NCBI GenBank assembly: GCA_004556165.1
Contig: SFIR01000002.1
Span: 2,118 to 66,117, forward strand
Reading direction: 5' to 3'
DNA length: 64,000 bases
DNA from: Clostridiales bacterium
Lineage (GTDB): Bacteria > Bacillota > Clostridia > Christensenellales > CAG-138
Shown here: in pieces, positions 1-8,791 of the stretch
How positions within the stretch are numbered: position 1 is the first letter of the stretch
How the letters are laid out: every line of letters starts with the position of its first letter
Translations under genes and position numbers: made by a program
The notes under the pieces: generated by a model
What the model was told of the DNA's origin: nothing
The model's database searches: none
The model's input: the letters and a program-made list of their open reading frames with translations, nothing else

Positions 1-485
1 ATTTTCTCGGTACAGGAGCTGTGCTCGAAAATCAAGACCATAACTGCAAACAGTCTATGCTTCTTGGACTCGGTGTGACATGCGTTATGGTGATTGCAAA
101 CCTGATAACCTGGCCTATAGACGCATACATCCTTGATAACGCCGCTTATCTTCAGCCGATAGTATTCGTTATTGTTATACTAATAATTGCTGAAGTGCTC
201 AAATCTGCTGTGAAAGGCAAAGCCGGGGATTTCTGCAATACGAATTTTGCGAAGTTTGCAATAAACGGGGCTATACTCGGCCTATGCATCCACAATACTG
301 CAAATGATTATCTGACTGCTGTTATCAATTCCGCCGCAGTCGGTATCGGCTTTGCAATCACTCTAACTGTCTTCGGCGAGCTTCGTCAGAGAATAGATGA
401 GGATGCGGTGCCGCGAGCATTCAGAGGTCTACCCATAAACATTCTCATTGCATGCTTCATGGCTTTGGCAATCCTGGCATTCTGA
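1..485 (+). CDS. rnfA: Rnf electron transport complex subunit A-like membrane protein, 5'-truncated by window edge
   Basis: The open frame runs from the window start. The C-terminus 'VPRAFRGLPINILIACFMALAILAF' matches the conserved RnfA/NqrE-family C-terminal motif (VPxPFRG...ITAGLMSLAFMGF). The protein is a polytopic hydrophobic sequence. Confidence 0.65.
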   Translation, partial: FLGTGAVLENQDHNCKQSMLLGLGVTCVMVIANLITWPIDAYILDNAAYLQPIVFVIVILIIAEVLKSAVKGKAGDFCNTNFAKFAINGAILGLCIHNTANDYLTAVINSAAVGIGFAITLTVFGELRQRIDEDAVPRAFRGLPINILIACFMALAILAF

Positions 486-837
486 TGAAGAAAAGGGATA
501 TTATCTTAATCGGCTCCATCCTTATTGCATCATTGGCGAGCATGTTAATCATCCTATGTTTCAGGAAAAAAGGCTTGTATGTTTCGGTCAAGGCGGACGG
601 GGAAGAGGTGGCAAGATATTCGCTGTCGGTAGACGCTGTTTATGAGCTGAACGGCGGAAAAAATATTCTCGTCATTGAAGGCGGAAAAGCTTATCTCAAG
701 GATGCGACTTGTCCTGATAAGCTTTGTGTGCGTCAGGAACCATATGTAAGGTTGGTGAAGTTATTACCTGTCTGCCGAATAAAATCACCGTTACGGTAAT
801 CGGCAGCGACAATAACGAAATCGACTTCGTAAGCTGA
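485..837 (+). pseudogene. NusG domain II-containing protein (DUF1312-like), apparent 1-nt frameshift near 734-738
   Basis: ATG 485 overlaps the rnfA stop (TGATG). The N-terminal TM segment and '...ATCPDKLCVRQ' are read in frame 2. The conserved family C-terminus 'GTICKVGEVITCLPNKITVTVIGSD...' continues in frame 1 to TGA 835-837. The listed ORF (452..799) ends instead in an unrelated tail. Confidence 0.6.
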
Positions 838-926
838 ATTATGCCGGTATCAGTAAAATACCGAACACATCTGACAAGTGTTATTCAGATGCGCTTGGCA
901 CGAAAATACCGAGAGGAGGTATACTC

Positions 927-1430
927 TTGAAGAAAATGTCTGTCAGCTCATTGGTAATGATAGGATTATGCATTGCATTCTCCATGGTTCTTTCCTTCAT
1001 AGAAAGTCAATTTCCTCCCTTTATCGCTATACCCGGAATCAAGATAGGCATGGCAAATATTGCTGTCGTTTTTATTCTGTACAAAATGGGCTGGAAGCAA
1101 GCGGTATTAGTTTCGATAATTCGCGTGATGCTGTCTTCTGTCCTTTTCGGACAAGCCGTGAGCCTCCTTTACAGCCTTGCCGGTGCAGTTTTAAGCTTAT
1201 CGGGAATGATCCTTATAAAGAAAACGGATAGGTTTTCATCAATTACGGTTAGCGTAGCGGGCGGCGTTCTGCATAATGTTGGGCAGATCGTTGCTGCATG
1301 CTTAATCACAGAAACCAAACAGCTCCTGCTTTACCTGCCGGTTCTGCTGATTACAGGTACAATCTCCGGAATCGTAATTGGGCTGACGGCCGGGCTTTTG
1401 AATAAAAGAATTGAAAAACTGAAAATATAG
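927..1430 (+). CDS. Gx transporter family protein (heptaprenyl diphosphate synthase component I-like, PF07456-type)
   Basis: 167 aa polytopic membrane protein. TTG start lies 7 nt after GAGGAGG. It is the usual partner of NusG-domain-II proteins. Confidence 0.7.
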   Translation: MKKMSVSSLVMIGLCIAFSMVLSFIESQFPPFIAIPGIKIGMANIAVVFILYKMGWKQAVLVSIIRVMLSSVLFGQAVSLLYSLAGAVLSLSGMILIKKTDRFSSITVSVAGGVLHNVGQIVAACLITETKQLLLYLPVLLITGTISGIVIGLTAGLLNKRIEKLKI

Positions 1431-1449
1431 CTTTCGCTTTCCAACAGAT

Positions 1450-2214
1450 TTAATCGGTTTTCTTTTCGCAGTATCTCCTATACCTATCTGCAATCCTGCT
1501 GATCGCGCCACAGTTATCGGGATCGATTATGTAGTCGGCATTCGAAATATATGTGGATAGCCTGTCTCTATAGAGCTTCAGAATGGAATCTGCACCGTTT
1601 CTTATTAACGGGCGATTATGTACCCTCTGCTGAAGGAGCTTTTCCGGATCGCGATTAAGAAAAACAATGTATCCGCTCCCGTGAAGAATTGAAAGATTAT
1701 CGGGATTTGTGATTATACCTCCGCCGGTTGCAACGATATAGCCTCCGCGTGCTGCAAGAAGCGCTAATGCCTTGTTCTCCGCTTTACGGAATTCGCCTTC
1801 ACCGTATTTGTCGAAAATTTCATCAATGCTCATGCCGCTTTCCTGCATGACAAGCTTATCGGTATCCGCAAACGGCATATTCAGTACTTTGCTGAGGATT
1901 TTTCCGCATTTGGTTTTGCCGCAGCCGGACATCCCTATCAGGTAGAGATTCATGGTTCTGTGCTGTATTCGTTTGGAAATTGATATAATCAGCGAGAATA
2001 CTTCGGAAATATAGTCCTGATAAGGCTTGCTTTTCTGCGCAATATCATTCAGATGCGCCCTTTCGCGTTCTCTGTCGAAAACAGGGATGTTATTGAGCCT
2101 TTTATACTGTGCAATACGTTCCGCAAGTTCAAATCTCTCGATAAGAAGCTCTATAATGTCAGAATCTATTTCATCAATATCTTTTCTGTAAAGCTGCAAT
2201 TCATCGTCTTCCAT
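1450..2214 (-). CDS. aroK: bifunctional chorismate mutase (AroQ-type) / shikimate kinase
   Basis: The N-terminus 'LYRKDIDEIDSDIIELLIERFELAERIAQYK' is an AroQ chorismate mutase helix. It is followed by the Walker A 'GMSGCGKTKCG' and the shikimate kinase core 'ATGGGII'. The ATG at 2214 is preceded by GAGGTG. Confidence 0.85.
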   Translation of the reverse strand: MEDDELQLYRKDIDEIDSDIIELLIERFELAERIAQYKRLNNIPVFDRERERAHLNDIAQKSKPYQDYISEVFSLIISISKRIQHRTMNLYLIGMSGCGKTKCGKILSKVLNMPFADTDKLVMQESGMSIDEIFDKYGEGEFRKAENKALALLAARGGYIVATGGGIITNPDNLSILHGSGYIVFLNRDPEKLLQQRVHNRPLIRNGADSILKLYRDRLSTYISNADYIIDPDNCGAISRIADRYRRYCEKKTD

Positions 2215-2222
2215 AAAACACC

Positions 2223-3281
2223 TCAATTTAACTTAGTCTGCAAAAGAAGATCGTAGATACATATTGCCGTAGCGCATTCAACAATTACGCATCCGCGCGG
2301 CAGGATACATGCATCGTGCCTTCCTTTTGCCGCAGCAAGTATCGGTTCGGAGGTTTCGAGATCAAGCATGCTTTGTTCGGTAAAAACAGTCGGTACGGGC
2401 CTGAAGGCCACTCTGAAAATAATCGGCATGCCGTTGGAGATGCCTCCGTTTATCCCACCGGAATTATTCGTTGATGTATTCCCGCCATACAGATATTGGT
2501 CATTTGCTTCACTGCCGCGCATACCTGAGAAAGCGAAGCCTGCGCCGAACTCGACGCCGTGTACTCCCGGTATTGAATAGAGTATGCTTGCAAGGCAGCT
2601 TTCAAAACCTCTGAAGTACGGCTCCCCGACTCCAACGGGAATGTTAACGGCAGCCGCTTCAACCGTTCCTCCTATGCTGTCCCTGGCTTCACGCACTGAT
2701 GTGAGCATCGCATCAAATTCACTGCGAAGACTATTGTCAACAAGCGGAAACGCAGGATCCAAGTCAGGGATTTCTTTCATCACAGGGTCGAATTTTGAGT
2801 CGGTTATATTACCGATAGAAGCGACATGGGAGATCACTTCAATGCCGCATTTTGATAGAAGCTGCTTTGCGATTGCTCCTGCAAAAACGAGAGCTGCCGT
2901 GAGCCTTCCGGAAAAAGCACCGCCGCCTCGCGGATCGTTGTACCCATGATATTTTCGGTATGCCGCAAAATCGGCATGCCCCGGCCTTGCGATATTATTT
3001 ATATACGGTGATGAATCAACATCGTTATTCGGGAAAATAACGGTAAGAGGCATACCGGTAGTTCTTCCGTTATACATACCGGAAATCACTTTATATTCAT
3101 CCCTTTCTCTGCGAGAGGTGCTGCCGATATATGCCCCGGGAGACCGCCTTTTGAGCTCCCTGCTAACAAAATCAAAGTCGGGAGCAAACCCTGCGGGAAG
3201 GCCGTCGATAGTGCAGCCGATACAGTATCCGTGGGATTCACCGAATATAGAAAATCTGAAGTTCTTACCGTAAGTATTCAT
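2223..3281 (-). CDS. aroC: chorismate synthase
   Basis: 'FRFSIFGESHGYCIGCTIDGLPAG' and 'GRHDACILPRG' are signature-like motifs. The gene sits in the aro operon. Confidence 0.95.
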   Translation of the reverse strand: MNTYGKNFRFSIFGESHGYCIGCTIDGLPAGFAPDFDFVSRELKRRSPGAYIGSTSRRERDEYKVISGMYNGRTTGMPLTVIFPNNDVDSSPYINNIARPGHADFAAYRKYHGYNDPRGGGAFSGRLTAALVFAGAIAKQLLSKCGIEVISHVASIGNITDSKFDPVMKEIPDLDPAFPLVDNSLRSEFDAMLTSVREARDSIGGTVEAAAVNIPVGVGEPYFRGFESCLASILYSIPGVHGVEFGAGFAFSGMRGSEANDQYLYGGNTSTNNSGGINGGISNGMPIIFRVAFRPVPTVFTEQSMLDLETSEPILAAAKGRHDACILPRGCVIVECATAICIYDLLLQTKLN

Positions 3282-3301
3282 GATTCATCCTTTCAAAAAA
3301 G

Positions 3302-4489
3302 CTAATCCTCGATGATTACGCCTCCGAGTGAAACAAAATCATCGAAAAACGAAGGGGCGCTTTTAGCCACGGCATCCGCGTTGATGATCCTGATAGGTCC
3401 ATCTGCGATGAGTGAGGCTATGGCAAATGCCATCACTATCCTATGATCATTGAATGAGTTAACCGTACCGCAGGATAAATGTCCATTGCCAAAAATCCTT
3501 ACCGAATTCTCAGCGACGCATATACTTCCTCCGAGGGAGGTTATCCCTGCCTGCATGGAAAAAACACGATCGCTCTCCTTCGTTGATAACCTTGCGGTAT
3601 TTTTTATCACAGTAAGACCGTTCCTTCCGCACGCAGCAATGCACAAAATCGGGAAGAGGTCAGGACAATCTGATATATCGATGACGTCGTTATGAATAAT
3701 GCTGTCAATCACGGTATCGGACTGCATAAAATCGGGATAGTTGGAAAATTTGACATCGGAGCCGAAGCTGTTTGCAACAATATAATTCGCAGCATACGAT
3801 CCATCACCGCTCAAACGGATATTCCCGGGGAATGAGTATTTCCCAGAAGCGGATAATACAACCGAGTCTTTCAAATGATCAGCCTCGAATTGAATTCCGA
3901 ACCTTTTCATCAATTCAAGCGTCAAATTGAAATACGGTTTTGAGACCAATTGAATATTCCCGTTCGCATATGGGAGAGACAGGGCAGCGCTTTTTACGAG
4001 CGGCAGCATCATAAGCATTCCGCTTGCATACTGGGAGCTTCTGGAGACGTCAACCGAATAGCGCATCGGCTTGATAATACCGGTTACAGTCAAAATGCCA
4101 TGCGTTTTTGAGAGCTGATTAAAGCTCAAGCTGCAATTAAGAGCTCTTACATACTCATCGAGACCTCTTTGCCAAAGCCTGATACTAATGATAAATTCGC
4201 ATTTATCGGAATATGCAAGGGAAATTGGAATCAAAAGCCGAAGAAGGGAGGCTGATCCATTAACGTAAATCGGCTCATTCCGTTCATGGGAAATCAAAGC
4301 GTGAAGAGATTCTGCCGCGCGTTTTGCCGCGATAAGATCATCGCCAAGTCTATCGGGCAGACGAACGACAGCAGTCGGACTAACACCCGACAGAGCGGAC
4401 ATGAGGAGAATGCGTATTGCTTCGCTTTTATAGGGCGGAAGAGTGATGGTACCGTTTAACTTGGTTGAAAAAAAACTAAGCTCGCTCAT
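3302..4489 (-). CDS. aroA: 3-phosphoshikimate 1-carboxyvinyltransferase (EPSP synthase)
   Basis: 'KESDRV', 'NDHRIVMAFAIASL' and 'AVAKSAPSFFDDF' motifs. I prefer the ATG at 4489 over the TTG at 4516; the start is uncertain. Confidence 0.9.
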   Translation of the reverse strand: MSELSFFSTKLNGTITLPPYKSEAIRILLMSALSGVSPTAVVRLPDRLGDDLIAAKRAAESLHALISHERNEPIYVNGSASLLRLLIPISLAYSDKCEFIISIRLWQRGLDEYVRALNCSLSFNQLSKTHGILTVTGIIKPMRYSVDVSRSSQYASGMLMMLPLVKSAALSLPYANGNIQLVSKPYFNLTLELMKRFGIQFEADHLKDSVVLSASGKYSFPGNIRLSGDGSYAANYIVANSFGSDVKFSNYPDFMQSDTVIDSIIHNDVIDISDCPDLFPILCIAACGRNGLTVIKNTARLSTKESDRVFSMQAGITSLGGSICVAENSVRIFGNGHLSCGTVNSFNDHRIVMAFAIASLIADGPIRIINADAVAKSAPSFFDDFVSLGGVIIED

Positions 4490-5516
4490 TTGATAAAAAC
4501 GCTTTGACCGTTTCAAGAGAACAAGACTTGATTACAGGCTCACCGATATGCCTAATAAAAACCATGTCGATATTTCCGCTGCTGTACTTTTTATCGTGGA
4601 CTAATTCACTGACCGCACCGTCTGTCAAATGGGAATAATCCGTTTTCATACCGAATAAATCAAGTTTTTGCTTAATCTCATTGAAACAATCCGCATCGGT
4701 AATCCCCAAGGCTTCACCAAAACGGCAGACCGCAAGCATACCGAGCCCAACCGCTTCTCCGTGAGAAACGGAAAAATTGCTTGCCGATTCAAATGCATGC
4801 CCGAAGGTATGACCGAAATTGAGAATCTTCCGCATCCCATTGTCATAACGATCGTTTAAAACAAATTCCTTTTTGATATTGCAGCACTGCATGATGAGCT
4901 GTGAAAAATCATCGGGAACAGAATTTGAAATATCAAATTTCCCCGAAACAGCATAGTATTTGATGATTTCGCCCATTCCGGATTTAATGTCATCGGCTTT
5001 CAGCGTATTCAGAAAATCAGGGCAGATTATCGTGGCGATAGGAAAATGAAATGCTCCCAACACATTTTTAATTCCACTGAAATCAACTGCGGTTTTGCCT
5101 CCGATGCTGCTGTCAACCATTCCGAGCAGCGTTGTCGGAATGTTTATGTAGTAAATACCGCGCATATAAATACTTGCCGCAAATCCGCCTATGTCGCTTA
5201 CCATGCCTCCGCCGAGGTTAATGACTATATCTTTGCGGCTTAATTCGCTTTCAATCATCGTGCTGCAGATTAACTGAAGGCTGTTCAAATCCTTACTGCC
5301 TTCTCCGTGCTTCAGAATCACCGTGCCGCAAATATCGAATCTATCAAGTGCCGAATTTTTAAATTTGTCCAAATACAGGGAAGCAACAGTATCATCGGTG
5401 ACTATGAAAGCCTTGCGGCGGCAGCAAAGAGAAGACAAGGACAGAATAACACCGTCAATATTTTTTTCATAAATCACGCTGCATATATCATGATCGCGCT
5501 CGGTATTGCCGTACAT
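4476..5516 (-). CDS. aroB: 3-dehydroquinate synthase
   Basis: 'GGGMVSDIGGFAASIYMRGIYYINIPTTLLGMVDSSIGGKTAVD' and 'LNFGHTFGHAFE' motifs. GGAGG lies 5 nt upstream of the ATG. Confidence 0.95.
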   Translation of the reverse strand: MYGNTERDHDICSVIYEKNIDGVILSLSSLCCRRKAFIVTDDTVASLYLDKFKNSALDRFDICGTVILKHGEGSKDLNSLQLICSTMIESELSRKDIVINLGGGMVSDIGGFAASIYMRGIYYINIPTTLLGMVDSSIGGKTAVDFSGIKNVLGAFHFPIATIICPDFLNTLKADDIKSGMGEIIKYYAVSGKFDISNSVPDDFSQLIMQCCNIKKEFVLNDRYDNGMRKILNFGHTFGHAFESASNFSVSHGEAVGLGMLAVCRFGEALGITDADCFNEIKQKLDLFGMKTDYSHLTDGAVSELVHDKKYSSGNIDMVFIRHIGEPVIKSCSLETVKAFLSNERA

Positions 5517-5669
5517 ATGAGCCTCCGTAAGAGATTAGACATAAATATAATAACCTATTTGCACGAATTTTGCAACCTGACAAAACTCGTATTTTTTCGA
5601 TAAAGGGTAAATTGTTCGGCATGTCCAATAGTTTATTGTTGAAATTTTGAAAACACGAGGAGACATAAT

Positions 5670-6002
5670 ATGAACGTGGAGATTAAGCGCAGCGGGAATA
5701 GATTGACAGCCTTTCTCTCAGGCGAAATCGATCACCACTCGGCAGTTTCAATCAGAACTGCGATAGACAAGGAGCTTGATATGGGGAACGCAACAGCATT
5801 GATCCTTGATTTTGGTGCTGTCAATTTCATGGATAGTTCCGGGTTGGGAATGATTTTCGGGCGGTACAAAAAGATGAATTCATCCGGAGGCACCCTAAAG
5901 CTTCAAAACGTACCGAAACCAATCGAAAGAATACTTCGCATGGCAGGCGTTTACACAATTATCGGAATCAGCGGAGGCGGTAAAAATGAAAAACTATCTT
6001 AA
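5670..6002 (+). CDS. spoIIAA: anti-sigma F factor antagonist SpoIIAA (STAS domain)
   Basis: 110 aa STAS protein with the phospho-serine motif 'FMDSSGLGMIFG'. It is the first gene of the spoIIA operon. Confidence 0.9.
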   Translation: MNVEIKRSGNRLTAFLSGEIDHHSAVSIRTAIDKELDMGNATALILDFGAVNFMDSSGLGMIFGRYKKMNSSGGTLKLQNVPKPIERILRMAGVYTIIGISGGGKNEKLS

Positions 6003-6441
6003 AATGAGCTTTATGGGGATTTCGGAGAACGAGGCAACGGCAAGGACCGCAGCTGCAGCGGTCTTCTCCGAACTTAATCCGACGATAGAACAGATAGCCG
6101 ATGTCAGGACGGCTGTGAGCGAAGCTGTCACAAATGCGATAGTGCATGGTTATCGCGGCACAAGCGGAATGGTTGAAATGGAATGCAGCATAATGGGCGA
6201 TATATTTACCGTAATCGTCTCCGATAAGGGATGCGGAATTGAGAATCTTGAGCTTGCCATGCAGCCGTTTTATACGACTGCAAAGGGGGAAGAGCGCACC
6301 GGCATCGGATTTGCCGTCATGCAGGCATTTATGGATAATCTTGAGGTTACGTCGGAAATCGGAAAAGGTACGAAGGTCACCATGAAAAAGAGAGTAAAGG
6401 CTTTTGACGATGTCAGTGAATTATCCGCCGTCAGATGCTGA
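5986..6441 (+). CDS. spoIIAB: anti-sigma F factor SpoIIAB (serine protein kinase)
   Basis: HATPase_c motifs 'AVSEAVTNAIVHGY', 'DKGCGI' and 'GIGFAVM'. It overlaps spoIIAA. Confidence 0.9.
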   Translation: MKNYLKMSFMGISENEATARTAAAAVFSELNPTIEQIADVRTAVSEAVTNAIVHGYRGTSGMVEMECSIMGDIFTVIVSDKGCGIENLELAMQPFYTTAKGEERTGIGFAVMQAFMDNLEVTSEIGKGTKVTMKKRVKAFDDVSELSAVRC

Positions 6442-6961
6442 TGAAGCCGCATATGATAAGCTTGTTGCCGCCGTTGCAAGACGGTTCACCGGACGTGGAA
6501 CTGAATATGAGGAATTATATCAGGCAGGTTATTTAGGCCTTTTGACGGCGCTGAATAGATACGATTCCGAAAAAGGTACTCCGTTTGCAGCATTTGCTTT
6601 TAGCTTCATAGAGGGAGAAATTCGCAGATTCATTCGTGAAAACAGCAATATAAGAGTCACAAAATATGCAGTGGCTTGCCGCAAAACTCTCCCCTTTACA
6701 GTTTCATTAGATTCGGAGGATGCGGATATCGGCGAAAGCAAAATAGAATATTCCGAGCCGTCTTTTGAAAATGATGTAATACGCAGAATTGATTTCAAAA
6801 AGCTGCTGAATGCATTGGATGATACGGAGCGCAGAATAATTGAGCTTAGATATATTGGAGGCTTTACCCAGGAAGAAACAGGCAAAATCATGAATATCAG
6901 CCAGTCACGGGTTTCAAGGATAGAAAAAAATGCGTTGATGAAACTTCGCGATGCAATCTGA
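6410..6961 (+). CDS. sigF: sporulation sigma factor SigF-like (compact, region 3 largely absent)
   Basis: Region 2 'LYQAGYLGLLTALNRYD...FAAFAFSFIEGEIRRFIRE' and the region 4 HTH 'ELRYIGGFTQEETGKIMNISQSRVSRIEKNAL'. It lies directly after spoIIAB. Confidence 0.8.
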   Translation: MSVNYPPSDADEAAYDKLVAAVARRFTGRGTEYEELYQAGYLGLLTALNRYDSEKGTPFAAFAFSFIEGEIRRFIRENSNIRVTKYAVACRKTLPFTVSLDSEDADIGESKIEYSEPSFENDVIRRIDFKKLLNALDDTERRIIELRYIGGFTQEETGKIMNISQSRVSRIEKNALMKLRDAI

Positions 6962-7042
6962 ATATTCGTACTTCACAATTCGCATAATAGATTATGAGAA
7001 AACAGAAAGCTGTTTTATAAGCTGATTGTGAGGTGAGATAAA

Positions 7043-7183
7043 TTGACGAAAACAACACGCATAGCAATAATACTCATCGCCTTTATGATGCTGGTATTGG
7101 GAACTGTCATGCTGAATACTGACGGGAAAAAGGCAGAATCAATATATTACGGAGCAAGCATGGTGATGTCCGATGGAAAGTAG
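7043..7183 (+). CDS. hypothetical small single-TM protein (46 aa), not in ORF track
   Basis: TTG start lies 6 nt after GAGGTGA. The translation is 'TKTTRIAIILIAFMMLVLGTVMLNTDGKK...'. It sits between sigF and spoVAC. Confidence 0.3.
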   Translation: MTKTTRIAIILIAFMMLVLGTVMLNTDGKKAESIYYGASMVMSDGK

Positions 7184-7299
7184 GCAAACAAATAGGCAAA
7201 TCAAATTCTTGTTCGGAGAATCCGACTACGATAAGCGCGGTATAAACGATTCGGAAACATGCAATAAAGCAATAGGAATCAGTGAAGAAAAGGCATAAG

Positions 7300-7779
7300 A
7301 TGGGTAAGGTTGGCAGAAAATTAACTTATTCGGAAAAGGTCAAGCATGAGCAGTACAGGAACATGGTGAATGCCCGAGTCCCGAGAAGCAAAACGGGTTT
7401 GAATTGTCTTCTGGCTTTTGCCGTCGGCGGAGCCATATGCTGCATCGGTCAGCTGATAGGAGATTTCGGGACAATGATTTGGAATCTGGATGAAAAAACG
7501 AGAGGTGCGTTCGTATCAATATGCATGATATTTCTGGGAGCACTGTTCACAGGAATAGGATGGTACGATATGCTCGGCTCCTTTGCAGGCGCAGGATCGG
7601 TTGTTCCTATCACGGGATTTGCCAATTCGATAGTCGCTCCCGCCATGGAACATAAGCGAGAAGGTCTTGTAATGGGCGTCGGTGCAGAGCTGTTCAGCTA
7701 TGCAGGTCCGGTACTCGTATACGGAATAACCTCGAGTATAATCTGCGGAATAATTTATTGGATAATTTCATTATTCTGA
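7300..7779 (+). CDS. spoVAC: stage V sporulation protein AC
   Basis: 'LLAFAVGGAICCIGQLIGD' and 'GAGSVVPITGFANSIVAPAMEHKREG' are typical SpoVAC motifs. The start could be ATG 7300 or GTG 7282. Confidence 0.9.
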   Translation: MGKVGRKLTYSEKVKHEQYRNMVNARVPRSKTGLNCLLAFAVGGAICCIGQLIGDFGTMIWNLDEKTRGAFVSICMIFLGALFTGIGWYDMLGSFAGAGSVVPITGFANSIVAPAMEHKREGLVMGVGAELFSYAGPVLVYGITSSIICGIIYWIISLF

Positions 7780-7782
7780 AAT

Positions 7783-7830
7783 GCGGCGCATACATACGAA
7801 AATATGCATGCGCCGTATTATCATTTTATC
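7783..7830. terminator. bidirectional stem-loop between convergent spoVAC and rsmA
   Basis: The arm CGGCGCAT (7784-7791) pairs with ATGCGCCG (7808-7815), followed by TATTATCATTTT. Confidence 0.55.
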
Positions 7831-8678
7831 AGTTCATCGTATGCTTTGGATAAGGATACAAAATCTGATGGGGACAAGCTTTCCGCCCGTACGGACGGCG
7901 AAAGACCGGCTGATTCGATAATATGCAGTACTGCGGCTTTGTCGGCAATACTTTGCAGATTGTTGAATAAAGTTTTACGACGCATTGCAAATGCCGCTTT
8001 TACTACCTTTGAAAAGTCTTTAGGAGTGAAGCGGTTGCTGCGTTCAAATACTAAAACAACAGAGTTCACTTCGGGCGCAGGATAGTAGGAAGCGGGGGAG
8101 AGCTTCAAGCCAACGCTGATGTCAAACAGCTGCTGTGCGATAACGGATAGCGGCACATAATTTTTTGCACCGGGAGCGGCAGTAAACCTATCTGCGGCTT
8201 CTTCCTGCATCATGAGCACCATGCGGCTTATATTCAATTCACTGTCAAACAATCTCTGACATATCGGAGCGGTGATATAGTAGGGGAGATTGGCGGCAAC
8301 AATAAATGATCCGCATGAAAATTCCTCTTTTATTCTTTCGACAGGATACTTCAAAAAGTCACAATTCACAAGGGACAGCTTAGGATTATTTCCCAGATTT
8401 GCCGAAATAAGCTGAACCATATTTGCGTCGATCTCTACAGCGCATACTTTCTGAGCATGCTTCAAAAGCTCTTCGGTTAATGCACCAAGCCCCGGCCCTA
8501 TTTCGAGCACGGGTGAATCATCGCATCGGCACAGCTCGACAATTTTTTTTATTGCCGTTTCGTCAATAAGAAAGTTTTGCCCCAATGCTTTGTTGGGATT
8601 GAGCCCATTATTCGCGATTATAGCTTTAGAATCTAACATGATATGGATTCTATCGTTAATTTCTTCTGTTGTCAACAT
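7821..8678 (-). CDS. rsmA: 16S rRNA (adenine1518/1519-N6)-dimethyltransferase
   Basis: 'LGQNFLIDETAIKKIVE', 'VLEIGPGLGALTEEL' and 'ANLPYYITAPI' motifs. Confidence 0.95.
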   Translation of the reverse strand: MLTTEEINDRIHIMLDSKAIIANNGLNPNKALGQNFLIDETAIKKIVELCRCDDSPVLEIGPGLGALTEELLKHAQKVCAVEIDANMVQLISANLGNNPKLSLVNCDFLKYPVERIKEEFSCGSFIVAANLPYYITAPICQRLFDSELNISRMVLMMQEEAADRFTAAPGAKNYVPLSVIAQQLFDISVGLKLSPASYYPAPEVNSVVLVFERSNRFTPKDFSKVVKAAFAMRRKTLFNNLQSIADKAAVLHIIESAGLSPSVRAESLSPSDFVSLSKAYDELIK

Positions 8679-8724
8679 TATTTTGCTGCATTGGTGCCGA
8701 ATGGCAGAAAATGCTATTCGGTCA

Positions 8725-8753
8725 TTTACATGAATAGCGATTTAAGGTATAAT
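8725..8753 (+). promoter_or_regulatory. sigma-A type promoter for the PBP gene
   Basis: TTTACA, 17 nt spacer, TATAAT, about 40 nt upstream of ATG 8792. Confidence 0.55.
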
Positions 8754-8791
8754 ACAATACAAGATAATTTCAGTACAAAAAGAGGAAATTC

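Noticed and set aside
448-1231. Overlapping ORFs 448-645 and 878-1231 in alternative frames.
   Set aside because: They overlap the NusG-II and Gx-transporter reading frames, which have family-typical sequences and ribosome-binding sites. The alternatives have no motifs.
5517-5669. Sigma-H-like promoter and Spo0A boxes upstream of spoIIAA (AAAGGGTAA…CCAAT; TATCGAA and TGTCCAA, 6/7 matches).
   Set aside because: These are only partial matches to short degenerate consensus sequences and are expected by chance in AT-rich intergenic DNA. They are not reportable as features without TSS data.
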